Positions 11,069 through 23,770 of a stretch of 64,000 nucleotides of DNA are shown in pieces. Every line of letters starts with the position of its first letter. The first letter of the stretch is position 1. The stretch spans positions 1 through 64,000 of the forward strand of contig JAKMXF010000315.1 in the NCBI GenBank assembly GCA_024704765.1, written 5' to 3'. The stretch is from Oopsacas minuta. Taxonomy: Eukaryota; Animalia; Porifera. The notes below the pieces were generated by a model. It was not told the origin of the DNA. It did not search any database and saw only the letters and a program-made list of their open reading frames with translations. The translations under genes and the position numbers were made by a program.

Positions 11069-13830
11069 TTAATGGCTTCTTTGCCCTTGAAACAATCTCA
11101 CTAGTTGTTCAATATTAGCTGGAATGTTGGTCAGTGCTATCCTGAGATCGTTGTGAATCACAAGTCGATTTCAATCCTTAGTTTTGATTTTAGTGACAGC
11201 ACTGAAAGCTGTTTCCGCTAAGTAGGTTGTTGTAAACGGAAATATACAATCACTAATTGCTATTATGTAAGAATTGGAGGTAGTGTAGACCTTTCTCAAG
11301 CCAGAATTTTAAGAATCCCTCTTTATGATAAAATTGGCAACTATATTATTATGTATGTCAATCAATTCTTCTTTAGCTGTGCAGGGAAATATGAGCGATA
11401 TCATCGGTAGTAGCAGTAAGTGGGTCTACGACTACAAAGTTTAGTTTTTCCACCTCCTGAATTTCCCTGAAGCGCGGAGTGATTTCGGACACGAGATTTA
11501 CCATTTGAGAAACAAATTCTTTCACCAAGGGGATGATAATATCGGTCGGTCGGGAATCGGGAAACATCTGTATTACATCGCTGAATTTTTCGCACCAGAG
11601 TATATGACGCTTACAAAAGCCATTTATAACCTGATTGCAAGCAATAGCTGTAGTTTCAGGCCATCGCAATTTCATTTTGCTTGTTTGAAATGATCAAATA
11701 TGACCAGACGCAATATGAACTCATTTAATTCACAATATGTAACTAATTCACTGAGTATTTGGCTCAGGAATTCTCTCACTTTTTCGCGCAAATGGAAGTC
11801 TTCCAAGAACCGGTCCACGAGAGAGCACGTTACCTCTGTACAGGGTTGCCAATATTTATTTAGCCCAAAGCGTGATATTTTGTCCTTGTTTTTAGAAAAA
11901 GTGTGAATATCTAGTATAAAGCCTGAGAATGAGTTATGATACCTTCAAGCAGTAGATTTAGGGTCATATTTAGCCTCCAGCCCTAATTCTTTGCCACATA
12001 TCTATTTTTGTAAAAATACCCAATATTACTAAAAATCGAACATTTTTAACATGAAATAATTCTCTATTGATGCATCAGTGCATTCATATATTTATTATAT
12101 TACGTATATCAGTATCTGAAACTGCTCGAGCCGCAATCGAAATCATGTATCATATACGTAAATGATAAACATGTAAAGCTACATACAAAAACTGCTAATT
12201 TCTTTTTACTTATAATTATATACGTATACAGTGGACTTTAGTTGTTGTGGAAAACGGTTAGTTAGGAAATTTGATTATTTGATAAACTTTCTATCAAGAA
12301 TTTGAACTCAAGCAAAGTAGTAATGCAAAATCGGTTATTGGGGACAAAGCTAGGAACGAACCTGTCACTTATTTGGAGTAGACGGTATATGGTATTGTGT
12401 ATTCAAATATAAGAAAAAGGTTTCCAAAAATTATGGGACACTTTATATGTGGATAACATACTAGTGATATCTACCCGTGAGATCGTCAAGATTATTGGTA
12501 TTTTAGTTATGTTTTTGAAAAACAAATGAATTACTAGTAAGATTATTGCTAACCCAACACTGTTTTTATCGTGTTAACTTCACGATTGTAACATTAAATT
12601 TTTGATATCATTAAATAATAGAGATAATTCGAAAGATAAAGTGAGACTCGCTTCAGTCCTTCGAGACTTCACAACTAAGGGATAGCAATATATCTATATT
12701 GAAAATTTCCTAATTTTAAACAGCGTCAGTTTTGGGTGTAAGCGTGAGATTTACGTGTTAAGCATGAGAGTTGACAACCTTCCCTCTGTATGCAGAAGTA
12801 CAGTTTTATGTTTCTCATTCGAACAAAGTTGAGAGAAAGTCGCGAATTGAGAGATTTTGCTTTGAGAACATTAACTAGTTAATGCAAACGTTCATCACAT
12901 CATTAAGCTCTGTTGAGTATTCTTTCGCTGCTAGTGCTTGTCTATGGATGAAGCAATATATAATAGGGCAATGGAGGGAAAGAACCTTTAAACGGGTATT
13001 TAACTCAATGTTTTTCCCATCATTGCTGCAGCTCCGTGAGTTCAACATCATACGAAGTGTTCATAGTTAAATTGTGTCCTTTGAAAATACTATCCACAGC
13101 CTCAAAGATATCTGTACCTGTCGTTCTTGATGTAGATTTACTGAATAGATGCAGTTCATTTTGTAGATTGTTGTTTGAAATGTATCTCACAAATATTAGA
13201 AGAATATCTCGCTAGAAACATTTGTGGATTCATCAAGTTGTATTGTAAATTTGGGTTCCCGAATTTTATTTAGTAGTTTGTGGCAATTTTCCATGTCGTC
13301 TATTCTTCACTACACAGTCTCGGCTGACAGAGGAATGCTCTTGATTTTGCTTGCCAGCTAGTTCACAGCATAAAAGCGATGTAATTTGCATGCAAGATGG
13401 TTGTATAAACTCTCGATTATATGCGGCTATCTTAATTTCGCGATGTTAAGGCTTACTAATGGGATGCCTGTACCCTTTAATCACATCCTTGTTCTGTTTG
13501 GAAAATGCATCAGTGATGATTGGGGCCTCTTGGCAATTTATAATTCCCTCATACGCTAAAATAATCTAAATTCAGTGTACACAATACAAATGACTATATG
13601 GTATTAAATTCTAACTCAAAGTATATTGAGTCTTGAGCCAAAGTACTTGTCTTGATTCCTGATGACGTCTTAATTTCGCTAGTTTCATTGAACAAACGAC
13701 AAAATCTCTCCAAATCAAATTCATTTGGGCTTGTTCGGATCAACCCGTTATTCGGTGAATCCCAAACTAGGGTATTCATGACTGTATTTTCTTTCTTTAT
13801 CAGAGGATCTAATCCAGGTGCCTTCCTTTT
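11069..13830 (-). pseudogene. Buster/Charlie-type hAT transposase relic in separated pieces
   Basis: BED finger RKYSHEY..GFT (about 13800), IQLDESTNVS (about 13240), GAAAMMG..HRQALAAK (about 12930-13050) and dimerisation domain PFTTTYLAETAFS..IKTK..NRL..DLRIAL (11069-11300). Confidence 0.85.
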
Positions 13831-15724
13831 TATAGTCATTTATTTTAGTTTATATCGTGTATATTTTACATATCAATATACAACGGATACATCATATAAG
13901 AAAACACTTTTTGGAATATATACTACATAAGAAGATATTTTCAATATACCTGAATCCATAATACTGTGATTTTAAACCATATATTCCCCAAAATATCCTA
14001 AATAGGATTAATTTTTCACCGACCCGACGGCATTCTTATATAGTTTAACCACTGTATACTATATTAATGTACTGGAGATGAGTTGTTTGTTATTTGTCAA
14101 ATTAGAATTGTTTTGATTCGTCAAGATTTTTAAGTATTCTGATGTAATTAGTATTAGATCTAGATTGTTATTCTTAATTTTACCGTGATTCCCGATCGAA
14201 AATAGGGCTTCGTTCTGAAACAAAGCTTTCAATTCCTAAATGTGAGGTGGTCGTATTACTATAATCTATTGATATTATTGTTTATGAGTACTCGAGTAAA
14301 ACATGTAATTAATACATGATATGAAAATTGTTGGGAACATGCCCAGTTGGGAATTATTTCACTACTGATTACCCCTGAGTACAGTCATGGTCTCCTTAAT
14401 CAGTTTGCGGACCCCGTGAATTCCTATAACATTGGCTGACTACTGTTCTAAATGATGGTAGATATTTCGTTTTAACTGCTAGTCAGGGGTAATCCCGTAG
14501 GCAGATTTCAAATTTCACATTTTCAAATCTCTCGCTTAATGATTAATCATATGATTATTTATATTTTCAACCCCTTGTTTGTACTTTTTTCAAATTGATC
14601 CTGAGAGTTCGTTTCGAAAGTTAGATATTCAGATTCATATCTATAGTAATCGAGGAAAAACACGATATTAGTAGGGTACTAATATTAGTGGGTATCAATA
14701 TGGTCAACACAACTTAGTATTGTATTTAACCTGATTTTTCTCAGATACGTGAGCCCAAAATCAGAATCAGTCGGAGTCTGGTGCTTTGCGGTATTACACA
14801 ATGGGTCAGGGGAAATTGGCCCCTGAAAAGAACAAACAAATTAACTTTAGCTGCACTACTTATCTGTCGGCTGGATTTTTTTCATTTTACCTAAGGATCT
14901 TCATTTTCTTTTATCACAGAGTCTTAACTGCCCTTCAAGCAATGAGGAACAATCGTTGTGTCTGAGGCAAATTTGAAATCATAATATAAACTCCAGAAAT
15001 CTCCGAATAAAAAATATGACTGCAAAATATAATTGTGGATAACATACAAAAAATGCAATTATCAACTTCACAGCATTGGGTTTCGAATATGTTTTAGTGG
15101 TTCGAAATCCATATAAGTTCTATAATTATTATTCTTAGTACATACGTAGTATGTTACAAGGATGATAGAAATGCTGTTAACAACATAAAATTGCTGATTC
15201 CATCCATATGCTATTTTCACAAACACTGAAACTATTGACATTTCACTGGTTATTACCATGGATTACTTCAATTTCATAAAGTTGGTAGGCAATTTTAATA
15301 TTATCGATAGTATCGAATTGGTACATTTTGGCTCGATTAAGAGTAATGAAGATAGATAAGAATCAACACAAATCATGTGATCCAACAATTTCCAGTTCAA
15401 ATGACGTAATCTGTTTTGAAAGGGCCACATGTGAAAGATTTCCCCATTTTCGAGCTCTGATAAACGATTAATAGTGTGTATTTCAGTATTAATATCTAGA
15501 GATCTTATGATGTGTATACATACAATATAACAATTTGTAATTATAAAGTTGTCACCTTATTGAGTATTAATAGCCGATTAAACCTATTAGATTTTATATA
15601 TGGCTTCGAACTTTTCTGGAATGTCATACCACCTTCATATCATATATTGTCAATCTATTTTCGGAATTTTTATGTGATAAGTATTGAATTATGTATATTA
15701 CTGTTACATTATTACTTCAGTGAA

Positions 15725-16621
15725 CCTGGAGGGACAAATTGCCAACTCTGCAATGCAACAAGAGATCAGTTGAAAGCTGTAGATCTAGTAAAATCTAGTT
15801 CTGCAGAAACCGAACCATTGATTACGCAAAAAAATCTTTCTAAATGTAGATCAAGAAGAGTACTCAAATTAAACTCTGAATTGAGGTTTGGCCTGACACA
15901 TCCACCAGCTCTGACAGGAATATCTTATCTGTGCCCCTCTTCATAGTTATTTTCGTGTCTTTCGCTGGCTTATGCTATTGATATATCATTTGGATGGAGG
16001 AAATAAGAACTGGCTGCCTTCACATCATCAAGAAGACTGGCTTTCAAATAGAATATCCTTCCAGTGATGGCAGTACCACTACCACTGGTAATATAACAAG
16101 AAAATGTTTTCTCAATGAAAAAGATTTAATTGCTTGTGCTACATCCACGATTGTTGAATAAGACCGACTTGCTCTTAGCACTATTCACACAAACCTCTCA
16201 GTAATATTGCGGGTATATAATTCTCATAAAGGAAAGACACTGATAAACTCTCCACCATTTGAATGGTACTTACGAGGAAATACTTTGTCGATTTCCTTGG
16301 GCTAACTTGACACCGTCTCTTCATAAATTACTGGCACATTCTTCAGAATTAATCACTGATTTTAATGACGGTTTCTGATTGAAGACTTTATCTGAAGAAT
16401 GCGTGGAATCCGTAAATAAACATGTAAGGAGATATAGAGAGAAACTTGTTCGTAAATGTTCTTTTGAAGACAATGTAAGTGACATTTTCGTTAGACTCTT
16501 GAGTCAGAGTGATACTATCCTTGTTCAATATCGCAAAATATCAGAGGTTCGAAAAGAAATACATCAACAATCTGAACAAGATATAATGGTGGAGACTTTA
16601 ATACTTAACTCAATCTCTTAA
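15725..16621 (+). pseudogene. RAG1-like/Transib transposase, C-terminal catalytic half
   Basis: GGTNCQLCNATRDQ (cf. RAG1 CTLCDATR), TTTGNITRKCF (cf. GNFARKLM), TPSLHKLLAH (cf. YFHKTLAH), LSEECVESVNKHVRRYR (cf. SEGNESGNKLFRRFR); stops and frameshifts. Confidence 0.8.
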
Positions 16622-16884
16622 TATAGTGTATCAAATTTATTATACTTTATTATATTTATTATATATCAACATATTAAAGTAATATAGTACATAATATACA
16701 TAATTCAATACTTATCACTTAAAATTACGAAAATTAAATTGACCATCTTTGGTATGAAGGTGGTATGGCGTCATTCCAGAAAAATTCGAAGTCATATATA
16801 ATTTATGATAAGTTTAATAGACTATTTTGGATCGCTAACCCAGAAGTAAATAATACATTATGCAGAGCTAGCACACAACTAAAC

Positions 16885-16921
16885 GGCTAATCCGCCAATT
16901 TTGCCATTTTGAGCTACTGTG
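16885..16921 (-). mobile_element. Transib-like terminal inverted repeat downstream of the RAG1-like relic
   Basis: Minus strand from 16921 reads CACAGTAGCTCAAAATGGC, matching the CACAGTR-N4-RAAATGG pattern also seen at 31166 and 31403. Confidence 0.5.
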
Positions 16922-17296
16922 GGGCATTGCCCTGGGAATTTGTTTGACCAGTGCGCTTTATCCCACTATCCTCCTGGTCGGCTACGCTCCACAAATCTTT
17001 AAGTCTAAAAATTTAATTGATAAAGCTATATTTGTTAGGATTCTGTGAAACTATTAAATGTTCTGAGTTTATTGTATATATTAATATTTATGTTTAATAA
17101 CTTAAGATGACTCTAATGTATGGCCGGCTGAGAATGCCACCCTGGGCGACCGTCCCTTTAGCCCACCCCTTGTTACGGCCCTTGCTTCATTATTCTTGGG
17201 CCCCCTTGGGTGTGTCAGCAGTCGCTCGCAATAATTTCTTATGGATCATTATGCTACCACCAATTTTAGCGCCTCTCTATTTTCTTAATGTTATAG

Positions 17297-20200
17297 ATGA
17301 TTTTTATCCAACATTATTTTCTTCAACTATTATTCCTATTTCTATTTATCTCTTTTCTTTCTCCCAAGACTGTTAATGTGTTTGTTCAAACTAGTTGGAA
17401 TTATCAATCACTCATCGCTGAGGTTGGTGAGTTTATAGGTGATGTAAATCCATCATACTATTGGGATTTTTTTCAATATATCTCGGAATGTAGCTCTTCA
17501 AATTCCACAGATAATGCTGATTTTAATTGTGCTTTGAAATATTGTTCTCAACAAATTGGGTTTGGCTACTCTCATCTTCTTGGTTTGGTGCAGAGTTTGC
17601 ATTATTATGCTCCGAGGATTCAAATGTACAGGCAAATTGCCGAAGAATATATTCCTCACAAGCTTAGTCTGAAAAGTCATTCTTGTCAGGCATTTGTTGT
17701 ACTTTGTGACACTATTTTTGTTTGTGATATTAATGAAATCATTACATATCTACCACAGAGTGCTGATACATGCATTTCAAATACCCTCAAAATTGGTCAT
17801 ACATCTGAGGAATCGCCTTATGTTTGTCAAAATATTTCAAATTCTGTCATTGCTGTTGTTTATGGTCCATTCGGTAGGCAACAGACTATTAATATTTTTG
17901 AAAAAATATTTTCCCTTTGCGAAATTGGCCTATTGGGAGGGTTCATTTATAGGCCTTGGTACTTATCTGGTAATGTTCAATACCCAATTCTATTATCTGG
18001 TTACGGTGTGGAATTAGCTATTAAAAGTACAGAATATCACACAGTTGATGATATCAGAGAAAATCATGGACATAAAATTGATCTTTCCCAAAATACTATC
18101 ATGTCTAATATTGAAGGACTAAATTTCGAATTACTAAGCTCAATACATAGAGAATTTAATGAAGAACTCCTTTCATTTCAAAATGATTTGATAGAAGCTG
18201 AAAATGATCTCCTTCCTCTTAAACAATGGCAAATATCAGACCTGGGACTTCAGCTTTGTCAATGGCTCATAACTAAATTCCCAAAAATGGGGTTAAACGC
18301 CTTAAATGGTTTAGTTAAATTTGTCCAATATTTTCCTGTCGAATCTAAGCATCTCTATTTTTTAGATGTAACGGATGAATTGCGTAAAGAGATTTTATTT
18401 AATCAGCGAATTTTGAATAATTTCGGTATTGAAAATGGTGTAAACATTTTATCTTTTAATGGGAAAATCTTTCAAAATGTTGACCCCTTTACTATGATTC
18501 CATTTCTAATAGATGAATTATCTATGCTTACAAAGTTTCAGACGTTGGGTGTGTCACCTGTTGATATTATTTCTCTAATTCAACTAGATTTTTCTAATGA
18601 AGAAATAGATTACGGCATTGATACTAGGCATAAATGTGTACATTATATCAATGATATTGAATCTGATATTGAATATTCATCTTGGACCAGTAGTATACAT
18701 GATTTACTAAGGCCAACATTCCCAGGTGTTATTAGACAAGTCCGCCGTAATTTATTCAACCTTATACTTTGTTTGGATCCTACAAAAATTGAATCTTATT
18801 ATTTATTAAAATCTGCAGAATATTTCTTGAGAAACCTTATTCCAGTTAGGATTGGATTAATCCTAATTCCAAATGACCAACTTGATTTTTACAAAAACGA
18901 TATCGCATTAAGTATTTCATGTTTTTATTCCTACTTGTCATTAAATAGATCAAATGAATACGCATTCGGATGGTTATTAGATATAAGCTCTTACATATAT
19001 TCCGCAAAAACTACCTTGTCTATTCACGAAATATCAGCTCACTTTCAATTGTACACAGGTGCCAATTATTCCAACCACACCGACTGTACTTATTCTAATA
19101 ACTTAGCACTAGACTTTTTTATTTCAAAAGGAATAAAACATTTCCAATCTATTTATCTGAATGGTATTCCATTAAAAATTAATTATGATAATCTTTCTAA
19201 ACGCGAATTCATTATGGAAGACATTGTTTCTTCTATAAAAGAACAGATATTTTCTCAAACTCGCATTCTCCAGAAAGATATCTATTTTAACAATCTATTA
19301 GAAGAAATGAATGTTTACGATTATATTATGTCGAAATCAAATATTGTGAGCAGGCTAAACTACAGAATATTATCTAGAAATTGGAGAAAGATTGATCTGT
19401 TTTGTTACAATAAAATGCAAAATTCATGGTTCGATGAGATGGCTACATTATCTCCTTGCGAAGTTAGCCAAATATTCGCTAAAAGTACTCCTTACGTATT
19501 AAATCCAATTTCAAAGTCCCAGGTAAAATCACTTTCACTTTGGCTTGTCGCTGACTTTTCGTCATTAAATGGACTAAAATTTTTGATTGATAGTTTAGAT
19601 ATGCTTATGAGTAGTAGTACTGTAAGAATTGGGCTGATTTTCAATGATCCTCCTTCTTTAGAGTTCAACTTGAATAAGATATTAATTTCACTATTATTTA
19701 CTCAGACTGAGGATACTTTGTTGTCTCTTCTTTTGGAATTCAGAAATATTACTAATATTTCTGATTTTACTTTGGAACAATCTCTACGACATTTCTCAAA
19801 GTATGAAAATTTCAATGAGGACAAGTATCTTGACTTTGCTCTATCACAAGTTCTTAATGTCGTTACTCTAAATTATTTCCTTTTTGCTTCTGAAATTCTT
19901 AAAGTTCCTACCAAGATGAGGGCAGTGATAGTCAATGGTCACATTCTAGAAACCCTATTGAGTAATGAATCTTTCGTTGTTGAAGATTTTCTTTTCCTAG
20001 AGAGATTCTCATACATCAACCATGGAAAGATTCTCCATTCAATTCTCAAAGAAATTGAGTTTAATCGAAATTTAACACAACAGAACCTGTTCCGTAATTT
20101 CACCATAGAAAGCACATTTAAAAGTGATATATTATTGTATTTAGCAACAATTGTGTTAAGCAAGCAAAAGACACATCGTATTCAATTTCCACATTATGAA

Positions 20201-21958
20201 TTAAGAAGCAAATATTCACTCATTAATATCCAACCCAGAATATCTAGTATGCACTATTCTAATTTGGACATTATTCTAGATCCCCTATCTAAAGAATCCC
20301 AGAGGTTATTGCCCATCTCATCTGAGTTATATAATACTTTTAATATACATTTACGTATTTGGTTGTGTCCTCCGGAACGCATAAGCGTATTACCAATTAA
20401 TAGATTTTATATATATGCGATTTCTTCGATGCCACATTTCGAAAAGAATGGATCCCTATCTCGGCAACATCCCCAAGTAACATTTACAGACCTACCTAAA
20501 TCACCACTTTTAAATCTAATTCTAGATATACCACATGTTTGGGTAGTAGAGCCTATTATATCGGATTATGACCTAGATAACCTACCTGAATCAAATAATA
20601 TTCTTGCAGTATTTTCACTTTCACATATATTGTTAGAAGGGAATTGCTTAGATCATTCTACTAAAGAACCTGTACCAGGACTTCAATTTAGCCTTGGAAC
20701 TATATATGAACCAGAAAAATTTGATAGTCTTGTAATGGAGAATCTTGGATACTTTCAACTAAAGTTTTTCCCTGGTTTATGGGGGCTGCATCTGAATGAT
20801 GATTCAAATCAACACTATTACATTTCGGAACAAGTGGGTGGCAATGTCCTTATTATGGGCGATACGATACTTTTGCATTGTGATAACTTTATGGGTGTTA
20901 ATTTACAAATTCTTGTAACCAAGCATAAATTCAACAAACACCCTATTTTAAATGATGAACGTGGACATGATGAATCTAATCTACATGATTCAACTTTAAA
21001 TAGCATATGGAAATCTATCACAAACTTATTACCAAGTGTGCAAACAACTAGTGATGTTAAGACATTTGGTTCACTAGAAGTTATCAATATCTTTAGCATA
21101 GCTTCTGGGCATCTATATGAAAGATTTCTACGTATTATGATCATTAGTGTCCTAAAACATACTAACAACCCAATCAAATTATGGATTCTTAAGCAATATT
21201 TGTCCCCAAATTTCAAAGAATATTTACCATATATGGCAAATCACTATAACTTTACATTTGAATTAGTGGATTATAAATGGCCAAAATGGTTACGAAGACA
21301 AGAAGAAAAACAGAGAGAAATTTGGGGTTACAAAATACTGTTTCTTGATGTTTTATTTCCAATGCATTTACAACGAATAATATATGTTGATGCTGACCAA
21401 ATAGTGAGATCTGATTTATTAGAATTGATACATTTAGATATTCAAGATTCACCATATGCATATACTCCTTTTTGTGATAGTAGGAAGGAAATGGATGGGT
21501 TTCGATTTTGGAAGCATGGTTACTGGCACAATCTCCTTGGTAAACGAAAATATCATATCTCTGCACTTTATGTTGTTGATTTAAAGCAATTTCGTAAACT
21601 TGGTGCTGGTGATAAATTAAGGGCTACTTATCAGGCTTTGTCTCAAGATCCGAATAGTTTGGCAAATTTAGATCAAGATTTACCAAATAGCATGATTGAT
21701 TCTGTTCCTATATTCTCATTACCTCAAGATTGGCTCTGGTGTGAAACTTGGTGTTCGGATGAGGACAAAGCCCGTGCAAAAACTATCGACATGTGTAATA
21801 ATCCATTAACGAAAGAACCCAAACTTGTCGCAGCTAAGAGAATTGCCAGCGAATGGAATGAATATGATAAGGAAGCTAGGGAAGTCATATCTAATTATAA
21901 ACCAAGTGTAGCTAATAGAGGAAACAATAATAACTCTAATAAGCATACAGAATTATAA
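17297..21958 (+). CDS. UGGT: UDP-glucose:glycoprotein glucosyltransferase, single exon, 1553 aa
   Basis: Signal peptide, LSGYGVELAIKSTEY, C-terminal GT24 domain (INIFSIASGHLYERFLRIM, IIYVDADQIV, SLANLDQDLPN, WCETWC) and C-terminal ER-retention-like HTEL. Confidence 0.97.
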   Translation: MIFIQHYFLQLLFLFLFISFLSPKTVNVFVQTSWNYQSLIAEVGEFIGDVNPSYYWDFFQYISECSSSNSTDNADFNCALKYCSQQIGFGYSHLLGLVQSLHYYAPRIQMYRQIAEEYIPHKLSLKSHSCQAFVVLCDTIFVCDINEIITYLPQSADTCISNTLKIGHTSEESPYVCQNISNSVIAVVYGPFGRQQTINIFEKIFSLCEIGLLGGFIYRPWYLSGNVQYPILLSGYGVELAIKSTEYHTVDDIRENHGHKIDLSQNTIMSNIEGLNFELLSSIHREFNEELLSFQNDLIEAENDLLPLKQWQISDLGLQLCQWLITKFPKMGLNALNGLVKFVQYFPVESKHLYFLDVTDELRKEILFNQRILNNFGIENGVNILSFNGKIFQNVDPFTMIPFLIDELSMLTKFQTLGVSPVDIISLIQLDFSNEEIDYGIDTRHKCVHYINDIESDIEYSSWTSSIHDLLRPTFPGVIRQVRRNLFNLILCLDPTKIESYYLLKSAEYFLRNLIPVRIGLILIPNDQLDFYKNDIALSISCFYSYLSLNRSNEYAFGWLLDISSYIYSAKTTLSIHEISAHFQLYTGANYSNHTDCTYSNNLALDFFISKGIKHFQSIYLNGIPLKINYDNLSKREFIMEDIVSSIKEQIFSQTRILQKDIYFNNLLEEMNVYDYIMSKSNIVSRLNYRILSRNWRKIDLFCYNKMQNSWFDEMATLSPCEVSQIFAKSTPYVLNPISKSQVKSLSLWLVADFSSLNGLKFLIDSLDMLMSSSTVRIGLIFNDPPSLEFNLNKILISLLFTQTEDTLLSLLLEFRNITNISDFTLEQSLRHFSKYENFNEDKYLDFALSQVLNVVTLNYFLFASEILKVPTKMRAVIVNGHILETLLSNESFVVEDFLFLERFSYINHGKILHSILKEIEFNRNLTQQNLFRNFTIESTFKSDILLYLATIVLSKQKTHRIQFPHYELRSKYSLINIQPRISSMHYSNLDIILDPLSKESQRLLPISSELYNTFNIHLRIWLCPPERISVLPINRFYIYAISSMPHFEKNGSLSRQHPQVTFTDLPKSPLLNLILDIPHVWVVEPIISDYDLDNLPESNNILAVFSLSHILLEGNCLDHSTKEPVPGLQFSLGTIYEPEKFDSLVMENLGYFQLKFFPGLWGLHLNDDSNQHYYISEQVGGNVLIMGDTILLHCDNFMGVNLQILVTKHKFNKHPILNDERGHDESNLHDSTLNSIWKSITNLLPSVQTTSDVKTFGSLEVINIFSIASGHLYERFLRIMIISVLKHTNNPIKLWILKQYLSPNFKEYLPYMANHYNFTFELVDYKWPKWLRRQEEKQREIWGYKILFLDVLFPMHLQRIIYVDADQIVRSDLLELIHLDIQDSPYAYTPFCDSRKEMDGFRFWKHGYWHNLLGKRKYHISALYVVDLKQFRKLGAGDKLRATYQALSQDPNSLANLDQDLPNSMIDSVPIFSLPQDWLWCETWCSDEDKARAKTIDMCNNPLTKEPKLVAAKRIASEWNEYDKEAREVISNYKPSVANRGNNNNSNKHTEL

Positions 21959-23299
21959 TCACATATTGCTTCATGATCAATGTATATTAGATTATCTATG
22001 AAAATTCCTTGATTAAAGATTTATGCATAGCCGACTAAGAATGAAGCCTTGACAGTTTCTTATGAATTTCTATGGATACGGAATAGGACTATAGATTACA
22101 GATACTTATTAGTTGTAAGTATATTTACACAGTAGAACATTACCAGATGGGGTGAACATCCAAAGTGGGGTTTGAAGTAGCTAATTGTATCAAAATGTAT
22201 GTAAAAATTCCAGATTGGCGTAAATGCCTTAGAACCTATCGATTTTGGACTTTTAGAAGGGACTCCCAAATATGAGCTTAGGAGACGGTCCAGTTGTTCA
22301 CTTTCATATGAACCAACTCTAGATCGATTGGGACAGTAAGGGCAAAGGCCGAACTGCCTTTGCCCTTTTTGAACTCCTGGGAGGGTCAGGATTTCATTTT
22401 CTGATAGGGAAGAGAGTTAATTCTCTGATAGAGAAATATTATTCATTTGGTCGATTGTGTTCTCAATTTTAATGAAAAAGAAGTCCATGTATAATTATAG
22501 CATAGCTTGTTTATGAATACTCTACTAACCAATTGAATTAAGGTTAATTGCGCCAAAATGTTTGGGGGTGGTATTTGATTGGGTAGGTTATGTATGGAAG
22601 TAACTTCGTATACAAATCAAACATTACCTAAATCAATAATATTGACATTGAACACTGCTTCTGTATTTCTGTTGAGTCGATCACTTGATGTAGTGTATGG
22701 TGTTTCAGCATTTTGAGAGTTTGTTTTTGTTTGATGTCACTCAAAAAAAGGTAAATAATACACGGTTATACATGGAAAATATTCAAAATTAACCATCTGT
22801 TGGTTCCATCATCTATTTTCCTCGAACTTTCTATAATGGACTCTAATTAATCAAGAAAATATGTGAAGTTTAGGTAGAGTAATGCGTTTTACATATGTTT
22901 AGAGTTTGTGAGGGTTTCTAATTTTCAAAGAACATGCATCAAATGTACGCATTTCGTATAAAAAATATTCAAAATAAAAATACACAGTTTTAACATTTCA
23001 TAAACTTTTTTTTACCTTTATCCATAATTGACTTACAAATATATTAATACCGGCATATTTTCGGCGAATTACGTGATTGACAACTCCGAACAGAAACTAT
23101 AGAAATCAATTACACATGAAATTGCATGTAACAAGGACACAACATGTGAGCATTCAAGATTCTTTAAAGCTACCGTTAAAATAGAGGCAGCATATGCATT
23201 CGTATTCTGGAACCATGCGTACAGTTCTCAAAATTAAGTAATAAGTCACTGGCAAGAATATAGTGCATGACCCTATAAGTCATTGACTATATTGAGCAA

Positions 23300-23770
23300 T
23301 TAAGTAGAACGGATCAAAGTGTTCACAACCTATTTGATGATATAGCCAATGATAGACTACTCCTAACTTCTGACCATTGTAGTTTGGATCAGATCCATGT
23401 GGAGAAGATAACTGGTCATTTATATCCACAGAGTCTAGCTTCCATAACCGTGTATCTTCAGCTGTAGCAAAATAGAGACAACCTCTATACTAGCTAAAAT
23501 GCCTAACATCCTTAGTTTTATATCAGTGCCCCACTCATGAGGACCTGATATGTGAGTCAGGTGTTGTTTGAAACTCTTCTTCTGTCCACTAGGTTTCTCA
23601 ATTAGAACTAATCAATGTTGTGGACTGGATTTAAACATTGTAATCAGTTGCTCCTTTAAATTTCATACCTAAGAAACATGACCAAAAATATGTGGGATAA
23701 TGTTGTAGATAAACAATTTCCATCACCTAATACTGGCACTGTACAGATATTTGGATCAATATTACCAGTT
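23300..23770 (-). pseudogene. Second OTU-like cysteine protease domain relic
   Basis: Minus strand PNICTVPVLGDGNCLSTTLSHIF, EW(G)TDIKLRMLG and YHQIGCEHFDPFY; frameshifted. Confidence 0.7.

Noticed and set aside
14797-16921. CACAATG at 14797 as the left end of the RAG1-like element
   Set aside because: It lacks the N4-RAAATGG pattern and the 5-bp flanks (TATTA versus GGGCA) do not match.
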